Origin: an uncultured Solibacteraceae bacterium
Lineage (GTDB): Bacteria > Acidobacteriota > Vicinamibacteria > Vicinamibacterales > SCN-69-37
Length of the DNA stretch: 64,000 nt
Assembly: GCA_964343975.1 (NCBI GenBank)
Contig: CAYFLU010000002.1
Span: forward strand, 7,082-71,081
Direction: 5' to 3'
In this document: in pieces, positions 8,773 through 18,789 of the stretch
Layout of the letters: the number at the start of each line of letters is the position of its first letter
How positions within the stretch are numbered: position 1 is the stretch's first letter
Program-made: the position numbers and the translations under genes
The notes under the pieces: model-generated
Told to the model about the DNA's origin: nothing
Databases searched by the model: none
The model's input: only the letters and a program-made list of their open reading frames with translations

Positions 8773-9392
8773 GAGGTCCCGACATCTCGGTCGTCGTCAC
8801 GAATTACAACTACGCGACGTACATCCGTCGATGCCTGCGGTCGCTCCTCAATCAGGACATCGAACGCGGCCGCTACGAGATCATCGTGGTCGATGACCAC
8901 AGCACCGACGACTCGTTGCAGGCGATCGCGGCATTCGTCGAAGCCGGTGACGTCAAGGTCGTGGTCAACAAGAAGAACCTGGGTGTGGGCGGGTCCTCTC
9001 GCGTCGGCGTTGATCACTCGCGTGGCAAGTATTTCGTGCGCGTCGACGCCGATGACTACGTGCAGCCCGCCTTTCTCTCGATGCTCTACAACGTGCTGCG
9101 CTTCTGCCCGCAGTTCGCCGGCGTGTCCTGCGATTACTTCCTCACCGACAACAACGAGCGCGTGCTCTCGGTCGAGAAGTTCGAGGAGAACGGGTTGGCG
9201 TGCGGCCTGATGCTCCGTACGTCGTATCTCGAGATCATCGGTTCCTACAACCAGAAGCGGAAAGTGTTCGAGGACCGCGACCTGTTCAGCCGGATAGATC
9301 GGTCCAAGATCTTCCATTTGCCGGTGCCCCTTTACAACTACGTCAAGCACGGCCAGTCCCTGACGGATCGCGTTGCCACACGCCGCCGCTGA
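8769..9392 (+). CDS. Family 2 glycosyltransferase (GT-A)
   Basis: Motifs are ISVVVTNYNYATYIRRCLRSLLNQ, YEIIVVDDHSTDDS, and a VRVDADD DxD-type motif. GTG 8769 forms a GTGA junction. Confidence 0.8.
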   Translation: MRGPDISVVVTNYNYATYIRRCLRSLLNQDIERGRYEIIVVDDHSTDDSLQAIAAFVEAGDVKVVVNKKNLGVGGSSRVGVDHSRGKYFVRVDADDYVQPAFLSMLYNVLRFCPQFAGVSCDYFLTDNNERVLSVEKFEENGLACGLMLRTSYLEIIGSYNQKRKVFEDRDLFSRIDRSKIFHLPVPLYNYVKHGQSLTDRVATRRR

Positions 9393-11241
9393 ATCGGGTG
9401 TCACCCCCCAGACCGGCGTTTTTCGCTGGCTGATTGACCGCTACGCGCGACAGCACGGTCGCGCGCTGGTGGGCCTGTCGCTGCTCACGCTGGGTGGCAA
9501 CTTGCTCATGGTGCTGCAGCCCGCCATCCTGGCCGGTCTGCTGTCCAGCTTGTCGGGGCCCGCGGCGGCGCCGCCCACCGGGACGTCGTGGCTCAACCTC
9601 AACTACCTCGGCGCGCGGGTCACACACGCCGTCCTCGGAGACGCGGCGGCTGGCGCGTCAGTCGCCACGCTCTTCGGCGTCCTGTTTGTCGTCCATGCGG
9701 TGGCCGTGGCCGGCGCGACATATCTGGCCGACTACGGCGCCGCCTGGTTACGCGCGCGCTACGCACGACTGATCCAGCTCGACCTGCTCACGCATCTGCT
9801 GCATCAGGATGTCGCGTTCTTCAGCCGCGAGAAGGCCGGAGAGTTGATTGCGCGCGTCACGACCGACGCCAACAACACGGCCACGGCCCTCGGCCCGCTG
9901 ATTCGCAGCCTGATCCACCACAACGTCCAGATCGTCATCTACGCGGCCTATCTGCTGAACACGAGTGTCTGGCTGACGGTGGGGTCGTTCGTGCTGCTCG
10001 GCGTGCAGTTCGGTATCACGCAGGTGCTGAAGCAACCGATCCGCCGGCTCACGCGCGAGGAGACGGATGGCCATGCCCAGTTGATCAGCGCCGTGCAGGA
10101 GTCGCTGACCAGTGTCCGCGTCACCAAGTCGTTCGGTGCCGAGCGCTACGAGCTGCGCAAGCTGGCCGAAACCATCGGCCGTGTCGCCGAGGCCGGTTTG
10201 CGCAAAGGGCGCGTCGAGAAGATCGAGGCGCCGGCGCGCGCGATTCTCGATTCACTGGCCATGCTGGGCATCTTCCTCATCGCCATGGTGCAGGTGCAGC
10301 GCGGGACGCTCAGTTTCCAGGGATTGCTGCTCTTCACCTACGTGGGCAAGCAGCTGATCGCCCCGATCAACAACTCGGCCACGTCGGTGCTCTGGATTGA
10401 AGCCACGCGCGCAGCCTACGGGCGGATCAGCGAGTTGCTCGCCGAGCGCCCCGCTATTGTGGACGGCCCCGTGGTCAAGCAGACGTTCGAACAGGGGCTC
10501 GCGCTCGAACACGTGACGTTTGCGTACCATGACACACCCGCGCTCGACGCCGTGTCGCTGGAGATTCGCAAAGGCGAATTCGTGGCGATCGTCGGGCCGA
10601 GCGGCGCCGGGAAGTCGACCCTGGCGGACCTGGTGTTGCGGCTGCGTGATCCGCAGCGCGGCATGGTGCGCATCGATGGCGTCGATCTGCGCACGCTGCG
10701 GCAGAGTGAATACCGACGCTTGTTCGGGGTCGTGTCGCAAGAGACCCTGTTGTTCCATGACACGGTGCGCGCGAATATCCGGTTCGGCCGCGACGAGGTC
10801 ACCGACGACATGATCGAGCAGGCGGCCACCGTCGCCTACGCGCGCGACTTCATCGCCAGGCTGCCGCAGGGATACGACACCGTGGTCGGAGACCGTGGCG
10901 TCCGCTTATCGGGCGGGGAGCGGCAGCGGCTCGCGATTGCGCGCGCGGTCGCCCACAATCCCCAGATCCTGTTGCTCGATGAAGCGACGAGTGCGCTCGA
11001 TTCCGAGTCCGAACGGTTCGTACAACAGGCCATCAACCGCATCGTCGAGCACACGACCGCCATAGTCATTGCCCATCGGTTGTCGACCGTGATGCATGCC
11101 GACCGCATCGTGGTGTTGAACCACGGTCGCATCGAGGCGATCGGTCGGCACCAAGAGTTGTTGTCCGCCAGCGAGACCTACCGCCGGTTCTGCCAGTTGC
11201 AGTTCGATCCGGCCGCCCTCCAAGGAGCACAGAATGCTTGA
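9373..11241 (+). CDS. ABC exporter, fused permease and ATPase (MsbA/PglK-type), a candidate lipid-linked glycan flippase
   Basis: It has an N-terminal six-helix-type hydrophobic half. ATPase motifs are Walker A GPSGAGKST, signature LSGGERQRLAIARA and Walker B ILLLDEATSALD. The TTG start overlaps the upstream gene by 20 nt. Confidence 0.85.
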   Translation: MPHAAAESGVTPQTGVFRWLIDRYARQHGRALVGLSLLTLGGNLLMVLQPAILAGLLSSLSGPAAAPPTGTSWLNLNYLGARVTHAVLGDAAAGASVATLFGVLFVVHAVAVAGATYLADYGAAWLRARYARLIQLDLLTHLLHQDVAFFSREKAGELIARVTTDANNTATALGPLIRSLIHHNVQIVIYAAYLLNTSVWLTVGSFVLLGVQFGITQVLKQPIRRLTREETDGHAQLISAVQESLTSVRVTKSFGAERYELRKLAETIGRVAEAGLRKGRVEKIEAPARAILDSLAMLGIFLIAMVQVQRGTLSFQGLLLFTYVGKQLIAPINNSATSVLWIEATRAAYGRISELLAERPAIVDGPVVKQTFEQGLALEHVTFAYHDTPALDAVSLEIRKGEFVAIVGPSGAGKSTLADLVLRLRDPQRGMVRIDGVDLRTLRQSEYRRLFGVVSQETLLFHDTVRANIRFGRDEVTDDMIEQAATVAYARDFIARLPQGYDTVVGDRGVRLSGGERQRLAIARAVAHNPQILLLDEATSALDSESERFVQQAINRIVEHTTAIVIAHRLSTVMHADRIVVLNHGRIEAIGRHQELLSASETYRRFCQLQFDPAALQGAQNA

Positions 11242-12052
11242 GCGCGTCATTCGCAAAGGCACGGACGCCGCGGAATTGCTGGCGTGCATGCGCGAGTTCG
11301 GGATCTGCGTGGTCCCGGGGTACTACGCATCGTCGTTCGTCGACACGATTCGAGAGGCGTGCGTGGCGCGCATCGACGAACCGGGCGACATGAACTATCC
11401 GGATGGCTCGTACAAGCGATTCGACGCGTATCAGGGCTCCGCGGCGGCCGCCAATGAACGCATCTACCACATCGATTGTTTCAGCGACGAGGCCGCACGC
11501 TTCCGACATGATCCGATCCTGAATACGGTGGGGTCCGAGTACTACGGAGACCCGCACTCCGTCCATTTGTGCCTGTACGAACGTCATCGACCCCATCCGG
11601 TGCCGGTGCGCGGATTCCACGTCGATACGTTCGAGACGTCGACGTACAAAGTGATGCTGTATCTCAGCGACGTCGAAGAGAAGGATGGCCCGACGTCCTA
11701 TCTCATCGGCACGCACACGGACGACGAGCTGCGGCGCATGAAGGAGAACGTGTGGGGACCGGCCGTCAGTCCGGGTGACCCTTCCGGGACGAAGCACCCG
11801 ACGAATTTCACGGACGAGGAGCTGGGGGATCGGCTGCAGCGCCACGTGAAGGTCGTTGGGCCGCGCGGCACGATCGTGCTCTTCGACACCTTCGGCGTGC
11901 ACAAAGGCATGCCCCCGATGGCCGGCGGTGAGCGGCACGTGCTCGTGAACTACTACCGCAAGGGCGCGGATCTGCCGCGCTCGAACTTCGGATTTGATGT
12001 GAAGGCCGACCATCAGCGTTACGCGGTCGACTACAAGAAGTACAAGGCCTGA
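11234..12052 (+). CDS. PhyH-like Fe(II)/2-oxoglutarate dioxygenase family protein
   Basis: FHVDTFET supplies the H-x-D motif and FGVHKG a distal His. YKVMLYLSDVEEKDGPTSYLIGTH is typical of the cupin/JmjC-PhyH type. Confidence 0.55.
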   Translation: MLERVIRKGTDAAELLACMREFGICVVPGYYASSFVDTIREACVARIDEPGDMNYPDGSYKRFDAYQGSAAAANERIYHIDCFSDEAARFRHDPILNTVGSEYYGDPHSVHLCLYERHRPHPVPVRGFHVDTFETSTYKVMLYLSDVEEKDGPTSYLIGTHTDDELRRMKENVWGPAVSPGDPSGTKHPTNFTDEELGDRLQRHVKVVGPRGTIVLFDTFGVHKGMPPMAGGERHVLVNYYRKGADLPRSNFGFDVKADHQRYAVDYKKYKA

Positions 12053-12080
12053 CGATGATCGTGCGTGCGAGGGCCGTGGC

Positions 12081-13628
12081 GTGATCGGGTGGCTGTCCCG
12101 GCGGTGGGTGCGGCGGGCATTGGCATTGGCGCCGCTGCCGCTGCTCATCCTGTGGCAACTGTCGCTACTGCGGTCGGATCTCCCCAATACCCACAAGATG
12201 CGAATCAGTGGCCTGCATTCGCAGGATCGATTCGTGTATTTCCTGTTCTACAAGAACCTGTTCCCGGTCGCGACGCTGGAGTCCGGGCGCGATTACTACT
12301 TCTATTACTCGAACGATGCGCCGCCGAAGGAACCCAATCACCTGACGTATTCGCCCGAGGCGGCCGACCGCAGTCTCGTCGAGCACGGCGATGCCCTCGT
12401 CCAAGAGTGGGGCCACACCATGCGGTGGGGCAACTTTCTGGAGACGTACCTGTATCTCTTCGACGCCTGGCGACTCGGATCGCCGGAACTCGCCGAGACG
12501 CGTCTGTTCAACGCGCTGATGTTTCTTCTGGCGCTCTCCGTCGTCTACGTGGCGTTCTGGGCGTGTGAGCACACCGTGCTGGGCGCCGCGCTCTTCGTCC
12601 TCGTGGGCTCCGACCCGGCACAACTCTTTGCCGCCTATCGGGAAGAGAACGTGAAGTCGTGGCCGATCACGGTGGCGTGCCTCGCGCTGGCGCTCGTCGC
12701 GCCGCTGGTGACCGGACGCCGTTGGCCGACGTGGGCCCGGGCCGGCATCGCGTGCGGTGCGGGTCTTCTGTGTGCGACGTCGTATCAGATTCGGTCTGAA
12801 ACGGCGGCGCCGCTGCTGGGAGTCATCATCGTGTTGCTGACGGCGGCCGGTGCGAGTCGACGATCGCGCCTCGTGACGGCCGCGCTGTCGCTGGTCGTAT
12901 TCGTGATCGGCTTGCAGGCCTGGCAGGCGTTCTTCTCGCACAAGATCGCTGAATCGACCGCGGTCGTGACGAAGGCCGGTGGCCATCCGTATCCGGGGCC
13001 GTGGGCCAACGCCCACAACCTGTGGACGATCGTGTTCGTCGGGCTCGGGGACTTCGACACCAAGTACGGCTATGAAGCCTCCGACAACTCGGCCGTGGCC
13101 TACGCCGAGCCCGCGCTGCGGGCCCGCTACGGCACGCCACTGCCGTGGTGGTGGGGCATGTCCCGCGAGCACCAGCCGCGGATCGATGCCGATTTCTACG
13201 ATGCCGCGCATCTCTACTACCGCGCGCCGTTCGAAGCGCCACACGTACAGGAGCTCCTCCGCGACAAGGTGCTCCACGACATCACGCACGACCCGAAGTG
13301 GTACGCCGTCATTCTCGCGAAACGGACGTGGCGCATTCTGTCAGAGACCACACCCGTGCAGTGGTACGCGCGGCTCGGGACACAAGTGCGCGTGCCCTTC
13401 CACGGGCTCGTGGCGCTGCTCGTGATCGTCATCGCGGCGTGGCGCCGAGAGGCGACCGCGCTTCGCGTGATGGCGATGGGGGCGCCGTTGTCGTTCATCG
13501 CGCTCGGCATCTCGACGGCCGGGAACTTCGCGTATCTCGGGATCTACCATCTCTGCGCGGCGGCCATCGTCGTGTGGTGGGCGAGCCGCTTCCTCGTGGC
13601 CCGATTCCAGGCACCGCAGCATGCGTGA
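12081..13628 (+). CDS. Polytopic membrane protein of unknown family (GT-C or polymerase-like candidate)
   Basis: It has many hydrophobic segments, for example LMFLLALSVVYVAFWAC, ITVACLALALVAPLV, LLGVIIVLLTAAGA and LVALLVIVIAAW. A roughly 150-aa hydrophilic loop precedes the last helices. Confidence 0.5.
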   Translation: MIGWLSRRWVRRALALAPLPLLILWQLSLLRSDLPNTHKMRISGLHSQDRFVYFLFYKNLFPVATLESGRDYYFYYSNDAPPKEPNHLTYSPEAADRSLVEHGDALVQEWGHTMRWGNFLETYLYLFDAWRLGSPELAETRLFNALMFLLALSVVYVAFWACEHTVLGAALFVLVGSDPAQLFAAYREENVKSWPITVACLALALVAPLVTGRRWPTWARAGIACGAGLLCATSYQIRSETAAPLLGVIIVLLTAAGASRRSRLVTAALSLVVFVIGLQAWQAFFSHKIAESTAVVTKAGGHPYPGPWANAHNLWTIVFVGLGDFDTKYGYEASDNSAVAYAEPALRARYGTPLPWWWGMSREHQPRIDADFYDAAHLYYRAPFEAPHVQELLRDKVLHDITHDPKWYAVILAKRTWRILSETTPVQWYARLGTQVRVPFHGLVALLVIVIAAWRREATALRVMAMGAPLSFIALGISTAGNFAYLGIYHLCAAAIVVWWASRFLVARFQAPQHA

Positions 13629-14442
13629 GGCGTGGCTGCGCGCGGCATTGGCGTGGACCGAAGCGCGGCTCGAGCGTCCGTTCGACACGACCCCATTCTG
13701 CGCGGCACCCCTGGCCGCACCTGAGGACTACCGGCGCCGATGGGAATCGGCGAGAGCGATCGAGTACCCGGAAGTCGACCGCTGGGAACGTGAGTGGGGG
13801 GTCGCCATCGACCGCACGTGGCTCGACGCGTTGGCCCTGCCGACGCAGATCACCATCAAAGCGTCCGAGTTGTGTTATCAGCACGGCCGTTTGCTCTATG
13901 CGCTGGCGCGTCGCGCGGCGCAGCGTGTGACCGACGGGCGCGTGACCATCGTCGAGACCGGCACGGCGCGCGGGTTCTCGGCGTTGTGCATGACGAAAGG
14001 GCTCGCGGATGCCGGCGCGTCGGGACTCGTCATGACCGTCGACGTGCTGCCGCACGACCGCCCGATCTACTGGAACTGCTATCGCGACGCCGAAGGGCGT
14101 CGGACGCGCGCGCAGTTGCTCGAGGCCTACCGCGACCTGCTCGAGCGCTACGTCGTGTTTCTCCGAGGCGACAGCCCTCGCGTGTTGGCGCGGGTGTCGG
14201 TGCCACGCGTGCATCTGGCGGTACTCGACAGCGTGCACACCTACGAGCATGTGCAAGCGGAGTGGGCCGCACTCCATGGACGTCAACAGGCGGGCGACGT
14301 GCTCTTCTTCGACGATTACACGCCGGAGCAGTACCCCGGCGTCGTGCAAGCCGCCGACGAGATTTGCGCGCGAGGCGGCTACGTGCCGACGGTCATCACC
14401 GCGGCGGCGCGCCGACGATATCTGGTGGCCGAGAAACGGTGA
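13621..14442 (+). CDS. Class I SAM-dependent methyltransferase (Methyltransf_24/CmcI-like)
   Basis: Motifs are VTIVETGTARGFSALCM, VMTVDV, and VHLAVLDSVHTYEHV. Confidence 0.6.
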   Translation: MREAWLRAALAWTEARLERPFDTTPFCAAPLAAPEDYRRRWESARAIEYPEVDRWEREWGVAIDRTWLDALALPTQITIKASELCYQHGRLLYALARRAAQRVTDGRVTIVETGTARGFSALCMTKGLADAGASGLVMTVDVLPHDRPIYWNCYRDAEGRRTRAQLLEAYRDLLERYVVFLRGDSPRVLARVSVPRVHLAVLDSVHTYEHVQAEWAALHGRQQAGDVLFFDDYTPEQYPGVVQAADEICARGGYVPTVITAAARRRYLVAEKR

Positions 14443-15530
14443 TGACAGCGGCGGCGAACGGGATCTGGCGTGCGCTGGCGACGCTGACGCCGGGAGCGCC
14501 GGGCCGGTTCCTCACCGTCATCGGGGATCAGTCCGGTTGGGTTCTCGATCATGAGGCTCGACAGGTCGGCGCGCTGTTGCGCCGGCAGGGTGTCAGTGTT
14601 CGTGAGGCGCGGACGCCGTGGCCGAACCAGCCGGCGTTCTTCGCGGCCCGTGAGCAGGCCTTGCACCAGCTCGAGCGCTGGCAGGCGATGCGCGTGCCAG
14701 TGTGTTTTCCCTACTACCACGGCTACCCCGGCGACGGGGATCGCGCGTTCGACGCGACCTATGCCCAACTCGTGCGAGGGCATCGGCACGTCGCGCGAAT
14801 CCAAGTCACGCACGCCCGGATGCACGAGGCGGTATTGGCGTCGGGAATTGACGCGTCCAAAGTGCATCGCATCGCCATCGGCGTCGATACGACGGCGTTC
14901 ACGTTGCCCGGCCCCGGCGTCCGCGAGACCGTGCGCGCGAGGTTAGGCGTTCCCGCCTCCGCCGTCGTCGTCGGGTCCTTCCAGAAAGATGGAAACGGGT
15001 GGGGCGAAGGCCTCGAGCCGAAACGGGTGAAGGCCCCGGAGATCCTCGTGGCCGCGATTGTCGAATTGCACGCCCGCATACCTGAACTCTGGGTGTTGTT
15101 GTCCGGGCCCGCGCGCGGCTACGTCATGCGCGCCCTGTCAGAGGCTGGGGTTCCGTTCGTGTATGCGGGCGCCGGCGAGATCGATGTGCCGTCGCTGTAT
15201 CACGCCATCGACGTGTACCTCGTGTCGTCGCGTCAGGAGGGCGGGCCGAAAGCCGTGCTCGAGAGCATGGCGTCGGGCATTCCTATCGTCAGTACTCGAG
15301 TCGGGCAAGCGACGGCCGTGATTGAGGATGGCCTCACCGGGTTTCTCGTGGACATCGACGACGCGGAGGCGCTGGCGGAGGCCGGAAGGCGAGCCCTCGA
15401 TGCGACGTGGCAGCGTACGGCGATTCCTGCCGCACGTGCCGTTGCCGAGCGTCATGACTACGCCAATCAGACACCGCAGTGGCTCGCATTCTTCGACGGG
15501 TTGGTCGCGCGGGACGGAGCATACCGATGA
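14442..15530 (+). CDS. GT-B glycosyltransferase (GT4-like)
   Basis: Internal ATG 14442 forms a TGATG junction. The C-terminal motif is SRQEGGPKAVLESMASGIPIVSTRVGQ...DGLTGFLV. Confidence 0.8.
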   Translation: MTAAANGIWRALATLTPGAPGRFLTVIGDQSGWVLDHEARQVGALLRRQGVSVREARTPWPNQPAFFAAREQALHQLERWQAMRVPVCFPYYHGYPGDGDRAFDATYAQLVRGHRHVARIQVTHARMHEAVLASGIDASKVHRIAIGVDTTAFTLPGPGVRETVRARLGVPASAVVVGSFQKDGNGWGEGLEPKRVKAPEILVAAIVELHARIPELWVLLSGPARGYVMRALSEAGVPFVYAGAGEIDVPSLYHAIDVYLVSSRQEGGPKAVLESMASGIPIVSTRVGQATAVIEDGLTGFLVDIDDAEALAEAGRRALDATWQRTAIPAARAVAERHDYANQTPQWLAFFDGLVARDGAYR

Positions 15531-16219
15531 AGTTGTTTCCAGGCGACATGCAGAGTCGCGACGAGTACAAGTCCACGCAGATCGCGCGGTCGCAGCGGAA
15601 GTTTGGGTACTGCAAAGTCTCCGTGCACGACGTGTGCAAGTATGCGGATCTGGTGCGCGGCCTCGATGGAACGCGCGCGTCGTTGCCCGGTCCCGTGCTG
15701 TGCCTCGGTACGCGCAACGGGCGTGAAGTCGACCTGTTCCGGTCGCAGTGGTTCGGCCCTCGTGCCGTGGCCGCGGGCGTGCGGGTCACCGAGATCTATA
15801 GCCAGTCGTTTCGGAGCCGACTGCCGGTCCTTGAAGGTATCGGCCGGTCGGACCGCAACGATCTCTCGCCGCGGTCCGTCATTGGCGTCGAACTCAATCC
15901 TCAGGCCGAGCGACGTGACATCTGGATCGGGTCATTCGACGAGATGCCGACCGAATGGTCGGCGTCGTTCCCCGTGATCTACTCGAACTCGTTCGATCAG
16001 TCGCAGGATCCGGAGCGGACGGCGGCTGAATGGAAGCGCGTGCTGCGGCCCGGCGGCATCCTGATCTTCTGCTTCACCAACGGTGCGAAGCCGACCGTGG
16101 CCGATCGCGTTGGAGACATCACCAAAGAGGACGTCCTCGCCTTGTTTGGTGGGCGCCTGCTGCACTTCGCGGATCGCGGCAGCCGCAACGGCTACACCGA
16201 GGTCATCCTGCAACGGTGA
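15527..16219 (+). CDS. Class I SAM-dependent methyltransferase-like protein
   Basis: ATG 15527 forms an ATGA junction. Motifs are VLCLGTRNGREV, IGVELNP, and WKRVLRPGGILIFCF. Confidence 0.55.
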   Translation: MKLFPGDMQSRDEYKSTQIARSQRKFGYCKVSVHDVCKYADLVRGLDGTRASLPGPVLCLGTRNGREVDLFRSQWFGPRAVAAGVRVTEIYSQSFRSRLPVLEGIGRSDRNDLSPRSVIGVELNPQAERRDIWIGSFDEMPTEWSASFPVIYSNSFDQSQDPERTAAEWKRVLRPGGILIFCFTNGAKPTVADRVGDITKEDVLALFGGRLLHFADRGSRNGYTEVILQR

Positions 16220-17205
16220 TGGCGAACGCGTCGGTGCGTGTCAGCGTCGTGACCGCCGTGCGGAACGGCGGGCCGACCGTCGCGGCATCGTTGGCCGGCG
16301 TCCTCGGTCAGGAGGCGCCCGCGTTTGAAGTGATCGTGATCGACGACGGCTCGACCGATGAGACACCGCGGATCCTCGCGGAGGCGGCGTCTCGTGACTC
16401 ACGGATCACGGTGTTGCGCACGGACGGCGAAGGACTGACGGCAGCGCTCTGCCGAGGGATCGCTGCAGCGAGCGGCGACTACATCGCGCGCCATGACCTG
16501 GATGATGTGTCTCTGCCCGGCCGGTTTTCCGCGCAGGTGGCGGGGCTCGATGCCCGCCCAGACATCGCCGCGCTTGGGACCGCCGCCGACATCATCGACG
16601 AACGAGGACGCCGCGTCGGCGCATTTCCGACCGTCAGTGGGCCGGACGCGGTGCGTCGCGGGTTGCTCACGCTGCGCGCTACTCCCGTGCACGGCGCGAT
16701 GATGATTCGACGGAGCGTGTTGCAGGCGGTCGGCACGTACCGCACCGCGTTCACCGCCGCGCAGGACTACGACCTCTGGTTGCGCATGACGGATCGCCAT
16801 GCGATCGACATCTTGCCGACGCCCTTCTACCAATGGCGACTCAATCGCGCGAGCACCTATGCGCAACGCCGATCCGAGCAACTGCAACTGGCCGGCATTG
16901 CCCGGGTGTTTGCCGACGAGCGGGCACAGTTCGGCGAAGACTCGTATGCCGCGCTGGTGGCCGCCGCGGGGAATCGCGAGCAATTCGCCGCAGGTTACCG
17001 ATGTCGCGGACGCCTGGAGGCCTGGTGGGGCGAACTGCTGTATCGAGGTTTGAACGACCCGCGCGTGGCGCGCAAACATCTGACCGCGGCACTGAAGGCC
17101 GGAACGTGGCGGCCGCGGACCTTCCCGCTGTGGCTATGGGCATCAGCGGGTCTTCCGTGGCCCGGACGGTCGCCGCTCTCGGCGGCGCCCGAGGTGGCCC
17201 ACTGA
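16219..17205 (+). CDS. Family 2 glycosyltransferase (GT-A)
   Basis: ATG 16219 forms a TGATG junction. Motifs are VSVVTAVRNGG, FEVIVIDDGSTDETP, and YIARHDLDDVSLPGR. Confidence 0.8.
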   Translation: MANASVRVSVVTAVRNGGPTVAASLAGVLGQEAPAFEVIVIDDGSTDETPRILAEAASRDSRITVLRTDGEGLTAALCRGIAAASGDYIARHDLDDVSLPGRFSAQVAGLDARPDIAALGTAADIIDERGRRVGAFPTVSGPDAVRRGLLTLRATPVHGAMMIRRSVLQAVGTYRTAFTAAQDYDLWLRMTDRHAIDILPTPFYQWRLNRASTYAQRRSEQLQLAGIARVFADERAQFGEDSYAALVAAAGNREQFAAGYRCRGRLEAWWGELLYRGLNDPRVARKHLTAALKAGTWRPRTFPLWLWASAGLPWPGRSPLSAAPEVAH

Positions 17206-17215
17206 GATCAACGGT

Positions 17216-18046
17216 GTGACCGTGGCTGGTGATTGGCTCGTCCATCCGTTGGTGCGAGGGCTCCACACCGATGATCCGGCAGCGATCCGCGCTCGGCGGG
17301 AACTGATCCGCCGTCGTCCCTTTCTGCGCCGTGTTTACAACGAGTGGTACGACCTCATCGAGCGCGCGTTGCCATCAGGCGAAGGCGCCGTGGTGGAACT
17401 CGGGTCCGGCTGTGGCTTTCTTGAAGAACGCCTGCCGGGTCTCATCACGTCCGACCTATCCTTTCAGGCGCCCGTCCGCCTCGCGTTCGATGCGCATGTG
17501 ATGCCGTTTGCCGACCGTTCGCTGCGCGCCATCGTGATGACCAACGTCCTTCATCATCTGCCCGACGTGCGCCGTTTTTTCCGAGAGGCCGGTCGCTGCG
17601 TTCGTCCGGGCGGTCGGTTGTTACTCGTGGAACCCTGGGTATCGACGCTGTCAGCCGGTGTCTACGGACGGGTGCATCACGAGCCGTATGTACCGATGGC
17701 GACCACCTGGGAGTTTCCCGCTGGCGGGCCACTGTCGGCGGCCAACATCGCGATGCCGTGGATGGTGTTCGCTCGAGACCGGGCGCAATTCCACCGTGAG
17801 TTCCCGGAGTGGCGCGTCGTGCAGGTGACGCCCGCGATGCCGCTCCGGTACTTCCTGTCGGGCGGCGTGTCATCGCGGTTGGCGATGCCGGCCTGGACTT
17901 TTCCGGTGTGGACGTGGCTCGATCACCTGCTTGTGCGCTGGCCCGAGTGGTGGGCGAGTTTCGCGTACGTGGTCGTGGAACGCACAGACCAGAGCGACGC
18001 CGGCGACCATGCCGTGCAACGTAATGAGGAGCGCACTCGCGCATGA
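17216..18046 (+). CDS. Class I SAM-dependent methyltransferase (Methyltransf_11-like)
   Basis: Motifs are VVELGSGCGFLEE, AIVMTNVLHHLPD, and VRPGGRLLLVEPW. Confidence 0.75.
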   Translation: MTVAGDWLVHPLVRGLHTDDPAAIRARRELIRRRPFLRRVYNEWYDLIERALPSGEGAVVELGSGCGFLEERLPGLITSDLSFQAPVRLAFDAHVMPFADRSLRAIVMTNVLHHLPDVRRFFREAGRCVRPGGRLLLVEPWVSTLSAGVYGRVHHEPYVPMATTWEFPAGGPLSAANIAMPWMVFARDRAQFHREFPEWRVVQVTPAMPLRYFLSGGVSSRLAMPAWTFPVWTWLDHLLVRWPEWWASFAYVVVERTDQSDAGDHAVQRNEERTRA

Positions 18047-18789
18047 CTGATCAGCAGGCTTCGGCGCCGACTCATCGTCGTCGCAACGAAGTGAACCACG
18101 GCAAGTACCTGGCGGAAGGTGGCGCCGAAGCGATCTGGGGGTGGGGGACCCCTGCGGGCCGATTGCGTGCGGAGCGGCGCGCCGCGCTCATTGCGCAAGG
18201 CGGACGATTGGGCCCCGGGGCCAACGTGTTGGAGATCGGTTGCGGTACGGGGCTGTTCACCGAGTACTTCGCCCGCACTGGCGCGCGCCTGATCGCCGTG
18301 GATCTGTCGAGCGAGTTGCTGGAGATTGCGCGCGCCAAGGACTTGCAGGACGTTGAGTTCCGCGAGCAGCCGTTCGAAACGTGCGACCTGGACGGCCCGT
18401 TCGATGCCGTCGTGGCGTCGTCCGTGCTGCACCACCTCGAGTTGCCGGACGCGTGGACCAAGATCTTCGCGCTGCTCAAACCCGGCGGCTACATGAGTCT
18501 GGCCGAACCCAACATGCTGAATCCGCAAATCTACGCGGAACGCCACTTCCGGTCCTGGTTTCCACAAGTCTCGCCCGACGAGACGGCGTTCGTGCGGTGG
18601 CAGGTGCGGCGCGTGCTTGAACGCGCGGGCTTCCGCGACGTCCGCATCACGCCGTTCGACTGGTTGCATCCGGCGACGCCACGCCCCTTCATTCCGGTGG
18701 TGCGTGGGATCGGACGGGTCTTTGAGTCGATGCCTCTGGTTCGTGAGTTCTCAGGATCGTTATGGATTACCGCACGACGTCCGGCATAG
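18043..18789 (+). CDS. Class I SAM-dependent methyltransferase
   Basis: ATG 18043 forms an ATGA junction. Motifs are VLEIGCGTGLFTEYFA, LIAVDLS, VVASSVLHHL, and LKPGGYMSLAEPN. Confidence 0.8.
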   Translation: MTDQQASAPTHRRRNEVNHGKYLAEGGAEAIWGWGTPAGRLRAERRAALIAQGGRLGPGANVLEIGCGTGLFTEYFARTGARLIAVDLSSELLEIARAKDLQDVEFREQPFETCDLDGPFDAVVASSVLHHLELPDAWTKIFALLKPGGYMSLAEPNMLNPQIYAERHFRSWFPQVSPDETAFVRWQVRRVLERAGFRDVRITPFDWLHPATPRPFIPVVRGIGRVFESMPLVREFSGSLWITARRPA

